Source of the DNA: Oligoflexus sp. | GTDB lineage: Bacteria > Bdellovibrionota_B > Oligoflexia > Oligoflexales > Oligoflexaceae | Direction of reading: 5' to 3' | NCBI GenBank assembly: GCA_041736305.1 | Contig: JBGSTX010000266.1 | Location: forward strand, 1-24,529 | DNA: 24,529 bases | Translations under genes and position numbers: made by a program | Notes under the pieces: model-generated | What the model saw: the letters and a program-made list of their open reading frames with translations, nothing else | Told to the model about the DNA's origin: nothing | Databases searched by the model: none | Shown: in pieces, positions 15,809-24,529 of the stretch | How the letters are laid out: the number at the start of each line of letters is the position of its first letter | How positions within the stretch are numbered: position 1 is the first letter of the stretch

Positions 15809-17751
15809 AAATCTCCTGTAGGTCGTTCACCTGTTATGCCTTCAGCTAGCATTTCCGCCAAAGCGCCGATGGTAAGCACTGGATTGGCTCCCACTGCACT
15901 GGGGATGATGGAACCATCAGCAACATAGAGGTTTCTATAGTTGAAGACAGCTCCGAAATTCGCGGGATCGGCATCAACCACACCTCGCTCATCTGACTCG
16001 GCCAGGGAGCAACCACCGAGAGGGTGCACGGTTAGATTGCGGCCTAGCAAATAAGTTGGAAAGGGCGTGACGGATTTAGCTTTCCAAATCTCCTTAAGCT
16101 TTTGACTCACACTGATCATTGAGTCGTAAAGCTTCTTACTCTTGTTGGCGTCCCACTTGAGCTGCAGCTTGCCGTTTGGCTCGAGTGTCATGATCCCATC
16201 GCTTTTATCGATTCCGACAGCTAGCAATATACTCATGCAGCCTGACTGGGATTCGCTCGACTGAATGGATTCCAAAATTTTCTGGTGGAGCGGCAGGAGG
16301 AGCTTGCGCCCCAGCGCGGTCTTCGGTTCGAAGATTTGTACGATCCACGTGAGAAACTTTGAATCGCTGGGGTAAGCTAGGTCTTCCATAATAAAGCCCT
16401 GAGCTGACTCCTCTGGTTTGTATGTAGTCTCTAAAGTCAGGGTTGGGCCAAAATGTGAACCGTCCTTTTTAGCTCCGAAGACCAAATTGAGAAAATCACC
16501 ATTGCCTGAATAATTGCGGCCTAGTTGAGAACTGATCTTGGGCAGACTCTTATGCAGGAGCTTATTGCGGAAAAGTAGTTCGTTGGTGCCGTAAACTCCT
16601 GCTGCGACGATGACTCTTTGCGTTTTTGCGACGAGATAATCGACATCCGACTTCTTCTCCCCAATGGCTTTCATATAAACATGAAAGCCGTGAGTACCAT
16701 TGGCGTCGGCATCTTCTTCACCAGCCGCATTGAGAGGAATAATTTTTTCTACCTGCTGCTCGGTTTTGACTTCAGCCTGGTATTTGTGCTCTGCAGCGTA
16801 GAGATAATTGAGATCCAAGGTATTTTTCGCGTGATAATTGCAACCGATAATGCATTCTGCGCAGTAGCGGCATGAGCTTTGCTGGGCACCGAAGGCATTC
16901 ACAGATTCTTTTCCCTGCGAGTCTGGCTTGGCGAAATCATTGCCAAAGTGAATGGCAACGTCGGCTTCTCTGAACGACCCACCTGTCTCGGCGGCTGCCT
17001 TAGAAAAGAGTTCATGGCGAACAAGCCTACGATTGGCTTCGTTCTGAGGCACGGTACGGGCACCCAAGACCTTCTTACAAACCTCGAAGTAGTAGCTCAG
17101 CTTGTCTTTTTTAATGCTCTCCGGCCAGTTTCTATCAAATTCTGGATCGCGAGGTTCAACGAGGGCGGCGGCGTAGATGAGGGAACCACCGCCAAAGCCC
17201 GAAGCTACTAGAGTATCCATTCCGCGGTAGCTGCGTAGATCGAAGACTCCATCGCTCGAACCTGGAAGGCTAATCGGCCGCGGTACGGCATCGCCCTTCT
17301 GCCGCCAGAAACTGTTGATAAGATCATCTAGCTTGCGCGCAAACGATCCTTTTGGATAACGCTTTCCACGCTCGACGATCAGGACTTTATCACCGTAGGT
17401 CTTGCTGAGTCGAAGGGCCGTGACTGCTCCACCGAAGCCTGAGCCGATCACCAGAGCTTCATAGCTTTTCTCGAGAATCTGGAGTCGATGGCGCGCGTGA
17501 GAGATTTCCTCTTTTTGCCAGTTCTGAACTGTACCAAATGCTGGCGAAGCGAATGCTCCCAAGGGAGCCACGCCCCAAAGTGACAGTATTCGTGTCAGGA
17601 GACTTCGCCTATGCAGCGGGAAAGTCCTGTCGCCAGACTTGTCAGAGATGTTTTGATCTCTTTGTGCACGCCACTTCTTCATCTTCTGCCCACTATCTGC
17701 GGTGGTTTTTACTTGGAAATTTGGATCTTGAGCGAAGTAAAACCGTTTCAC
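15805..17751 (-). CDS. GMC oxidoreductase, cholesterol-oxidase (ChoD)-like, with probable Tat signal
   Basis: VIGSGFGGAV, VERGKRY, GFGGGSLIYA, CRYCAECIIGCNYHAKNTLDLNYL, AAGVYGTNELL, SGNGD, TVHPLGG, LYVADGSIIPSAVGANPVLTIGALAE. RRSLL plus hydrophobic core and AFG site near the N-terminus. Start is GTG 17751 or ATG 17682. Confidence 0.88.
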   Translation of the reverse strand: MKRFYFAQDPNFQVKTTADSGQKMKKWRAQRDQNISDKSGDRTFPLHRRSLLTRILSLWGVAPLGAFASPAFGTVQNWQKEEISHARHRLQILEKSYEALVIGSGFGGAVTALRLSKTYGDKVLIVERGKRYPKGSFARKLDDLINSFWRQKGDAVPRPISLPGSSDGVFDLRSYRGMDTLVASGFGGGSLIYAAALVEPRDPEFDRNWPESIKKDKLSYYFEVCKKVLGARTVPQNEANRRLVRHELFSKAAAETGGSFREADVAIHFGNDFAKPDSQGKESVNAFGAQQSSCRYCAECIIGCNYHAKNTLDLNYLYAAEHKYQAEVKTEQQVEKIIPLNAAGEEDADANGTHGFHVYMKAIGEKKSDVDYLVAKTQRVIVAAGVYGTNELLFRNKLLHKSLPKISSQLGRNYSGNGDFLNLVFGAKKDGSHFGPTLTLETTYKPEESAQGFIMEDLAYPSDSKFLTWIVQIFEPKTALGRKLLLPLHQKILESIQSSESQSGCMSILLAVGIDKSDGIMTLEPNGKLQLKWDANKSKKLYDSMISVSQKLKEIWKAKSVTPFPTYLLGRNLTVHPLGGCSLAESDERGVVDADPANFGAVFNYRNLYVADGSIIPSAVGANPVLTIGALAEMLAEGITGERPTGDL

Positions 17752-17839
17752 TCAAAAATATCAAATCCCAAAAATAAAATAGAAGAAGGGCAGTTTAGCC
17801 TGCACACTATCAGGCAGGCAGATTCTGGGTGGGTAGAGA

Positions 17840-17866
17840 TGAGGGAAGCCGGATTTCCTCCGGCTT
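17840..17866 (-). terminator. Hairpin downstream of pckG (probable terminator)
   Basis: AAGCCGGA-N5-TCCGGCTT is a perfect 8-bp stem (17846-17866), 22 bp after the pckG stop; the U-tail is weak. Confidence 0.5.
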
Positions 17867-17888
17867 TGCCTTCTAAACAAATTTCAGA

Positions 17889-19778
17889 TCATTGCTCGAA
17901 GTAACGTTCTTCGGCCAGTTCCCACTGTTCAGGAGAACGCCACAGAGCCGAGAGTAGCAGCTCTCTCATAGCAATGAATTCTTTAGGGAGCTTGTCGTAG
18001 AGTTTTTCGAAGAGCTCTTCATGCGAAAGAATTTCAGCCTTCCAAGCTTCGCGTTCGATCGACATGAGCTTGAAGAAGTTTTCCTTCTTGAAATTCTCCA
18101 GACCCTTCCACTCAATATCGCTGTAGCGTGGCATCCAGCCTAAAGGGCTTTCTTCCGCGAAGGCACGGCCGTTGACCCTTTCGACGATCCACTTGAGCAC
18201 GCGCATGTTCTCACCGAAGCCCGGCCACATGAAGTTGCCTTTTTCGTCTTTTCTGAACCAGTTCACCGAGAATATCCGTGGTGGGTTAGCGATCGATCGG
18301 CCCATCTGTAGCCAGTGATTGAAATAGTCACCCATATGATAGCCGCAGAAAGGCAGCATCGCCATCGGATCGCGACGCACCTGACCGATATTGCCAGCTG
18401 CCGCCGCCGTCATTTCAGAGCCGATGGTCGCAGCCATATAAACGCCAAAATTCCAGTTGAAGGTCTGATAGACGAGAGGAACGGTCGAAGCCCGACGACC
18501 ACCGAAAATCAAGGCGGCAATGGGCACGCCTTTAGGATTGTCCCAGTTGGAGTCTATAGATGGGCACTGTGAGGCCGGTGCCGTAAATCGTGCATTGGGA
18601 TGTGCAGCCTTACGTCCACAATCGGGCGTCCATGCCTGACCCTGCCAGTCGGTGAGGTGAGGAGGCGGCACCTTCGTCAGGTCTTCCCACCAAACATCGC
18701 CTTCAGGTGTAAGAGCTACGTTGGTGAAAAGCGTATTTTTGCTGATAGTCGCTATTGCATTGGGATTGGAAAGAGGCGAAGTGCCAGGGGCAACTCCGAA
18801 GTAACCGGCCTCGGGATTGATGGCGTAAAGCTTTCCATCCGCACCGGGTTTGATCCACGCGATATCGTCGCCAACTGTGGTGACTTTCCAGCCTTCTAAG
18901 CCCTTGGGAGGAACGAGCATCGCGAAATTGGTCTTGCCGCAGGCGCTCGGAAAGGCAGCGGCGACATAAGTTTTTTCACCCGTCGGCGATTCGGCGCCGA
19001 GTATCAGCATATGCTCCGCCATCCAACCTTGATCCCGGCCCAGGCTGGAAGCTATCCGCAGAGCAAAGCATTTTTTACCGAGCAGAGCGTTGCCGCCATA
19101 GCCACTGCCATAGGACCAGATCGCATGCTCCTCCGGAAAGTGGACGATGTATTTGTGCTCTGGATTACAGGGCCAGGAAACATCTTTTTGCCCCTTGCTC
19201 AGCGGAGAGCCCACCGAGTGCAGGCAAGGGACGAAGTCGCCGTTGCCGAGGATGTCGAGAACTTTGCGACCCATCCGCGTCATGATCCGCATGTTGACGA
19301 CGACGTAAGGGGAGTCGGAAATTTCTACTCCTATGTGCGAGTAAGGAGAGCCGAGAGGACCCATACTAAAAGGGATGACGTACATCGTGCGGCCGCGCAT
19401 CGAACCGCGGAAGATTTCGCTCAAAGTCGCCTTCATCTGCACGGGATCGGCCCAGTTGTTAGTGGGTCCCGCATCGTGTTTGCGCTGGCTGCAGATAAAA
19501 GTTCGGTCTTCGACGCGCGCCACGTCGCTGGCATCAGAGCGAGCCAGATAGCTGTTTGGACGCAATTTTGGATTGAGCGGTATCAATGTGCCTGCAGCTA
19601 CCATGTCTTGGCAGAGCCTGTGCGACTCTTCCTCAGAACCATCGCACCAGTAGACGCTGTCAGGCTCGCAGAGCTCGACAGTGTTTTGTACCCACTGAAT
19701 CAAGGCTTCATTCTGCACATAAGCTGGTATCGTTTCATGCATCGAATCTTTACTTGGTCTGGTCGCTATTGGTTTCAT
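17889..19778 (-). CDS. pckG: Phosphoenolpyruvate carboxykinase (GTP)
   Basis: [114 protein letters not shown]. Confidence 0.98.
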   Translation of the reverse strand: MKPIATRPSKDSMHETIPAYVQNEALIQWVQNTVELCEPDSVYWCDGSEEESHRLCQDMVAAGTLIPLNPKLRPNSYLARSDASDVARVEDRTFICSQRKHDAGPTNNWADPVQMKATLSEIFRGSMRGRTMYVIPFSMGPLGSPYSHIGVEISDSPYVVVNMRIMTRMGRKVLDILGNGDFVPCLHSVGSPLSKGQKDVSWPCNPEHKYIVHFPEEHAIWSYGSGYGGNALLGKKCFALRIASSLGRDQGWMAEHMLILGAESPTGEKTYVAAAFPSACGKTNFAMLVPPKGLEGWKVTTVGDDIAWIKPGADGKLYAINPEAGYFGVAPGTSPLSNPNAIATISKNTLFTNVALTPEGDVWWEDLTKVPPPHLTDWQGQAWTPDCGRKAAHPNARFTAPASQCPSIDSNWDNPKGVPIAALIFGGRRASTVPLVYQTFNWNFGVYMAATIGSEMTAAAAGNIGQVRRDPMAMLPFCGYHMGDYFNHWLQMGRSIANPPRIFSVNWFRKDEKGNFMWPGFGENMRVLKWIVERVNGRAFAEESPLGWMPRYSDIEWKGLENFKKENFFKLMSIEREAWKAEILSHEELFEKLYDKLPKEFIAMRELLLSALWRSPEQWELAEERYFEQ

Positions 19779-19966
19779 TCAAATTTTTCCCAGTATAATG
19801 AGCCTCTCCTGCTCGAGAGCTCGGATCAGCTGTCTGCCCGGCGGTATCGCCCCTACAGATGATCGTCTCTCTTGCTCGGCATAGGGTCAAGCGGATTTCA
19901 CTCTGGAATTCCCGCCCAGAAGGTGGCTATTGATATTGGCTTATTTGCACGTCAAGAAGCATGGTT

Positions 19967-20560
19967 TCAGGTCGATTCACGGCGCAAGGCATACTTCCAA
20001 ATAAGTTGCTGCGACGCGATATAGTCTGCATTCAACACGCGTATTTTGTCGCTGAGCACTGTTGCACAATTTTTGTAAAAAATAGCTTTCGCCGTATCGC
20101 CTTCGCGATCGAGAAAGGCTTCAAAGCGCTGGGCTTCCAAAGAAAAGAGGAAAGATGGGCTATCGGCGGAGACGGTCGCCGAGCGAGGTGATTGATCGAA
20201 GAGGCTCAATTCACCGAAGCTGTCACCGGTCTTTAGGGTGGCCAAACGGTGTGAATCGTTGCTGAGACTATCGCGCTTATAGACCGAAAGCTGGCCGCTC
20301 AAAATCAAGTAGAGACCCCGCGAAGGATCCCCTTCGATGACAGCGTGAGCCGATTTTTTCAGAATTTGAATGCTACCCATGCTATAGATGCGTTTGCGCT
20401 GATCGACGGAAAAAGGGCGGAAGAGAAAAATACGCATGAGCTCTTCTGCGCCCCAATTCAAATCTCGATACTGGTCGAGATTGGGCATGGGAGTCGGCGC
20501 TTCTGCTTCGCTTCGCATCTGTGGCATGCTAGCTCGCGGATCGTTCATAAGAACCCTCAT
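19967..20560 (-). CDS. Stand-alone cyclic-nucleotide-binding domain protein
   Basis: EGDPSRGLYLILSGQLSV, GDSFGELSLFDQSPRSATVSA (intact phosphate-binding cassette GE...PRSA); no C-terminal HTH. Confidence 0.88.
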   Translation of the reverse strand: MRVLMNDPRASMPQMRSEAEAPTPMPNLDQYRDLNWGAEELMRIFLFRPFSVDQRKRIYSMGSIQILKKSAHAVIEGDPSRGLYLILSGQLSVYKRDSLSNDSHRLATLKTGDSFGELSLFDQSPRSATVSADSPSFLFSLEAQRFEAFLDREGDTAKAIFYKNCATVLSDKIRVLNADYIASQQLIWKYALRREST

Positions 20561-20643
20561 CCGTACATAAGTATGGATGCCGTAGATACGGCTCCTTTCT
20601 CATGATAGATGAAGCAGCCCCTAGCGATAAGAGGCGGCAAGCT

Positions 20644-21990
20644 TCAGGCCTTTTTGGAAATCCACTCAACAAGATCGATTTTTGTAAGTATGTGCATGGG
20701 TTTGCGGTTTTTATCGAGGACTATAGCCAGTCCCGATTTCATTATCGTCCCCTGCAGTGAGCTAATGGGCGTCGTCAGTTCCACTGTTGGAACTGCTCGT
20801 TCCATGATGGACCCAACTGTCTCCTCAGTAGCCTCGGTACTGCTCAGGAAATGCAGGAGATTGTCCTCGGTCAGGATGCCAACGAGCTGCTCTTTCGCAA
20901 GTACGGGCAGCTGGGAGATCGACTGCTGGCGCATGAGCTCGATCCCTTGAGCGGCGCTGGCGGTAGTATCGATCGTAATAAGAGGACGCTTGGGTTTGCA
21001 GGAAAGAAGCGTCTCAACAGTGCCGTCTAGAGCGGAAGGGCCTGAGAAATTATTGTCGGCCATCCACTTATCATCGATAAATTTTGTCATGTAGTTACGG
21101 ACGCCGTCGGCAAGGATGACGACACAGTTTTGTCCCTTGCCCAGCCGCTTGGCTTCTTTCAGCGCAGCAAAGAGTGCCGAACCAGAGGATCCGCCGCAGA
21201 GCAGCCCTTCTTCGCGAATGAGACGACGAGCGAGGAGGAAGGAGTAACGATCGTTCGTCTTCACCCAAGTGTCGATGAGCTTTCTGTCCAATACATCGGG
21301 TACGAAGTCGTAGCCTATGCCCTCGACTTTGTAGGAGCTAACCTCGGTAGCGCCACCTAAAATAGAGCCTTCTGGGTCAGCACCGACGACGATAACTTTC
21401 GGATTGTGCTCCTTCAGACGTTTGGCAATACCCGAAATCGTTCCGCCCGTTCCCGCGCCAACGACCACCATATCGACCCGACCCTTGAGGTCATCGAGGA
21501 TTTCCTGAGCGGTAGCTTCGTAATGAATATTAGGATTGGATGGGTTGCCATACTGATCGAGAATATGCGCATTGGGCAGTTCACGCTGCAGACGCTTGGC
21601 CACCGAAATATGACTTTCGGGGTCGTTCCACGCTGCTTCGGTCGGGGTTCTGATAATTTCTGCCCCCAAGGCTTCCAGCACCACCTGTTTTTCCCGACTC
21701 ATCTTTTCTGGCATGGTAATAATGACTCTATAACCCTTGACGGCCCCCGCCAAAGCGATACCGATGCCAGTATTGCCGCTGGTGGGCTCGATGAGGGTGT
21801 CACCCGGTTTGATGCGGCCCTGCTTTTCGGCGTCGTGAACCATGCGGGCTGCAATACGGTCTTTGACTGAGCCCCCCGGGTTGAGGAATTCGCATTTTGC
21901 GTAGATGTTGCACGCCAAATTGCTACCGACACGATGGAGCTGAACCAGAGGAGTGCGGCCGATGGCCTGGAGGATATTATCGCAGAGCAT
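20644..21990 (-). CDS. cbs: Cystathionine beta-synthase (PLP) with C-terminal CBS (Bateman) domains
   Basis: [14 protein letters not shown] (PLP Lys), [67 protein letters not shown]; C-terminal ISQLPV...VGILTE and ILTKIDL are CBS motifs. Confidence 0.93.
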   Translation of the reverse strand: [448 protein letters not shown]

Positions 21991-22169
21991 ATGGTGATCC
22001 TTCTTATGAAAGATATGGAATTTTCGTCTCTTAAACTTAACGAGTGTAGCGCATGCGGCTGCTCGCCTGCGTCAAGAACTTGACTCGTTCGATTCATGAC
22101 TTGCCAGACTCTTCATAAATATCAGAATACGACAGGAAATTCGAGTACCTGAATAAAACCATCAAAATC

Positions 22170-22216
22170 TTGACACCGTGCATCCGTTGACAGCCAGGGG
22201 GTGCGAGTGGAACAAT
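22170..22216 (+). promoter_or_regulatory. Candidate sigma-70 promoter upstream of pilM
   Basis: Two perfect TTGACA hexamers (22170-22175, 22187-22192); the second is followed after 18 bp by AACAAT, which is preceded by TGG (extended -10-like). Confidence 0.4.
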
Positions 22217-22368
22217 AAACAATAGCTCCTCGCAAGTCTAAAGTCACACGCAGGCTCTGTCGTTTTCTCGATGTGGTTCTGCCCTGGAAAGCTTCCCCCT
22301 ACTGTATTTGCGCTTATCAGCCAAGGCTTCGTGCAAAAGCGCGCTGCGGCTCAAACGGTGAGATCGAA

Positions 22369-23430
22369 ATGAAGCTCCTGAGAAAATCTATGTTCGCGAT
22401 CGATATCGGCTCCTCGTCGATCAAAGTCGTCGAGATGTCTGGCAGTAAGCAGAAAAAACTTCAGAGTCTAGGCATCGAAATTCTGCCCAGGGGTGCGGTT
22501 GAAGCTGGACTCATACGCGATCCCGATGCGGTGCAGGTTGCTCTCAAGAAAGTCCTCGACCGCCTCGGCGCCACTGGCAGATCGCAGCGGGTGGCCATCT
22601 CGATTTCAGGTGTTTCCACTCTGATCAAAAGGGTGGTGATGACGGTCGATGAGAACGTAGACGTCGACGATGCCATCTACGAAGAAGCCAAGCAGCAGTT
22701 TCACCATAACCTCGAAGACATGTACTTCCGCTACCAGGAGGTCAGCTCTGCCTTCCTCACCGAAGGTCAGAGGGCCTTTATCCTGGTTGCCGCCAAAATT
22801 GAAATTGTCGAGCAGTACGTTGACCTTATGCATCGCCTTAAGCTCAAAGTTGGCGTCACCGACTGCGACGTTTTCTGTCTGACGAACATGTTCGACTTCA
22901 ACTACCCGGTGGCCGACGCCCTAACAGTCTCGGTCAACATTGGCGCTTCGGCGACCCAGATCGTCTTCATGTATAACGGCGAGTTTCTCTTCGCGCGTGA
23001 GATATTCATAGGCGGCAACGAAATCAGCCATCGGATCGCCGAACATCTCAAAGTCGACTTCGACAATGCCGAGACTCTCAAGATCTCAGCTTCTATGGGT
23101 GATCAAGCCATCGCCGATCGCATCCGTCCGGCTCTACAGGAAATAAATGATCAGATTGCCGTCGAAATCAATACTACTCTGGCATTCTTCCAATCTGAAG
23201 AGATGAACGGGCGCTTCGAAAAAGTCGATCACATATTTCTCTGTGGGGGAGGGGCAGGGACCCTCGACCTCAGTACGACGATCTCTGCGGTGCTCAAGGC
23301 GCCCGTGCAGGTCATCAATCCCTTTCAAAGAATAGACACGGCACCATCGAAAATCGAGGTCGACTATATCTTGACCCAAGGCTCCCTCTACGGCATCGGA
23401 GTTGGGCTGAGCCTCCGCGATTTAAGCTAA
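22369..23430 (+). CDS. pilM: Type IV pilus assembly protein PilM
   Basis: Start re-assigned to ATG 22369 (MKLLRKSMFAIDIGSSSIKVVEM; GGTGAG upstream). Actin-like motifs VNIGASAT, REIFIGG, IFLCGGGA, VINPF, GLSLR. Confidence 0.93.
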   Translation: MKLLRKSMFAIDIGSSSIKVVEMSGSKQKKLQSLGIEILPRGAVEAGLIRDPDAVQVALKKVLDRLGATGRSQRVAISISGVSTLIKRVVMTVDENVDVDDAIYEEAKQQFHHNLEDMYFRYQEVSSAFLTEGQRAFILVAAKIEIVEQYVDLMHRLKLKVGVTDCDVFCLTNMFDFNYPVADALTVSVNIGASATQIVFMYNGEFLFAREIFIGGNEISHRIAEHLKVDFDNAETLKISASMGDQAIADRIRPALQEINDQIAVEINTTLAFFQSEEMNGRFEKVDHIFLCGGGAGTLDLSTTISAVLKAPVQVINPFQRIDTAPSKIEVDYILTQGSLYGIGVGLSLRDLS

Positions 23431-23452
23431 GGCAAAAGGGGAAAGTTAAACA

Positions 23453-24274
23453 GTGATCACCATAAATTTAACGCCCATCGAAGAACTCGAAAACCCCTAC
23501 TGGTGGCTACCGGATCTAGGGGCTTTCCTGCTCGTCGTCGGGCTGAGCTTCGGCCTGTCCTACTTCTACATCCACTCGATAGAAACCGAGATTAACGCCC
23601 GCGAACTCGAAAAGCAGCGTCTGATCAGCGAGACGGAAATGCTGCGAAGCAATGTCGATAGATTCAACGATCTCAATCAGAAGATTTCGGCCCTGAACTC
23701 CAAGAAAAATTCTCTGCAGCGCATCACGGAATCGAAACTCGTCCGCTACTTGCCCATCATACTTCTCGAAAACATTCAAAACCTGCGGCCCGATGGGGTC
23801 TGGTTCAAGTCGGTCAACTTCGTCGATAGAAAAGCGACGGAAGCCGTGGCACCGCTTCCCACCGGAGTCCCGTCACCTGCGACAGCTCTTCCACCAGCTG
23901 GGTCTGCTAAGCCCGTTGAGGATGGAAAGACCTACCCTTTGATGATAGAAATTGTCGGCAATGCGCGCGATAACGTCCTGATCGCCGAGTTTATGATGGC
24001 TCTGAAAGCTACCCAAAACCAGAGTTTTGAGAAGAGCGATCTCCGCACGCAGCTATTCTTCTCAGAAGTGGGCATCTCCTTTTCGCAAGTCACCACCTTG
24101 GCGCCTGAAAGAAATCTGGCCCCACTTGCTAACACTGAAAGCAGTCCTCCGACGCTAGTCAATTTCAAGCTAGAGCTGAATTTCCGCGAGCGCGCCGCCT
24201 CGAATTCCGAAAGCGCGAATTTTTCGCAGTTTATCGAAGACTTTAAACGAGATGGCCAGGCCGTCATGAACTGA
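23453..24274 (+). CDS. pilN: Type IV pilus assembly protein PilN
   Basis: GTG start; N-terminal ITINLTP (INLLP PilM-binding motif), one TM helix, coiled coil, PDGVWF, IVGNA..N..IAEFM; directly follows pilM. Confidence 0.85.
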   Translation: MITINLTPIEELENPYWWLPDLGAFLLVVGLSFGLSYFYIHSIETEINARELEKQRLISETEMLRSNVDRFNDLNQKISALNSKKNSLQRITESKLVRYLPIILLENIQNLRPDGVWFKSVNFVDRKATEAVAPLPTGVPSPATALPPAGSAKPVEDGKTYPLMIEIVGNARDNVLIAEFMMALKATQNQSFEKSDLRTQLFFSEVGISFSQVTTLAPERNLAPLANTESSPPTLVNFKLELNFRERAASNSESANFSQFIEDFKRDGQAVMN

Positions 24275-24280
24275 GGATCT

Positions 24281-24529
24281 ATGGAACTCGAAGATATAGT
24301 CGATAAATATCGTTCGACAAGACTTCTTACCCGCGGGCTTCTGATCGTTTTTGGGGGAGTAATACCCGCCCTTTACCTCTGGCTCAACTACGGCGAAGAC
24401 CTCGATCTCCGCAAGAGCCAGGTCGAAGCGCAGGTGAATGAAGAGCGCGGAAAATTCGAAGAAGCTAGGCAAAAAACCGCCGAACTTCCGGCTCTTCTTT
24501 CCAAGTTGAACGGCATCGAAGACGAACTG
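24281..24529 (+). CDS. pilO: Type IV pilus assembly protein PilO (partial, runs off the right edge)
   Basis: GAGGA RBS and ATG 24281: MELEDIVDKYRSTRLLTRGLLIVFGGVIPALYLWLNY (TM), then a coiled coil ending ...QKTAELPALLSKLNGIEDEL. Position follows pilN. Not in the ORF track. Confidence 0.78.
   Translation, partial: MELEDIVDKYRSTRLLTRGLLIVFGGVIPALYLWLNYGEDLDLRKSQVEAQVNEERGKFEEARQKTAELPALLSKLNGIEDEL

Noticed and set aside
19011-19862. 283-aa plus-strand ORF
   Set aside because: Antisense shadow of the highly conserved pckG.
19779-19966. Possible riboswitch in the pckG leader (hairpin 19800-19822 enclosing AGGAGAGG)
   Set aside because: No recognisable aptamer consensus, and the SD-like sequence is more than 20 nt from the ATG; an Infernal/Rfam scan would be needed to revisit.
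22043-22075. TTGACG...TACACT sigma-70 promoter for cbs on the minus strand
   Set aside because: The spacer is 21 bp, too long for a standard sigma-70 promoter.
22273-22368. 32-aa N-terminal extension of pilM in the ORF track
   Set aside because: PilM homology starts at MKLLRK...IDIGSSSIK; ATG 22369 has the better RBS.
1-24529. CRISPR arrays, tRNA/rRNA genes, IS elements, prophage or defence genes
   Set aside because: No regularly spaced repeats, cloverleaf signatures, transposase, integrase or nuclease motifs seen; intergenic gaps are short and otherwise explained.

Overview
Gene-dense bacterial chromosomal segment with no rRNA, tRNA, CRISPR array or mobile element that I can see. Gene content (GTP-type PEPCK, deltaproteobacterial-style pilMNO, Csd6/Bd1075-like L,D-peptidase, FlhG-like ATPase plus J/HTH pair) suggests a Bdellovibrionota/Oligoflexia-like organism; this is inference only. 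Left to right: a lipoxygenase running off the left edge (missed by the ORF track) preceded by a small lipoprotein; a minus-strand sthA-like/moxR/DUF58/transglutaminase operon; a small membrane protein plus a YciB/IspZ-like gene; an FlhG/MinD-like ATPase, J-like/HTH protein, rluD and L,D-peptidase-NTF2 cluster; an orphan 825-aa protein; a Tat-type cholesterol-oxidase-like GMC enzyme coupled to an acetoacetate-decarboxylase-fold protein; pckG; a stand-alone cNMP-binding protein; cystathionine beta-synthase; and pilM-pilN-pilO (partial). The most striking feature is the 825-aa orphan. By eye it reads as a natural FliF-FliG-like fusion: signal peptide, two Cys-paired ring-building-like repeats, one TM helix and a full FliG-like rotor module. 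Its torque-helix basic residues are lost or charge-reversed, and it lies outside any flagellar cluster. All alignments were made by eye against remembered family consensus; no searches were run.
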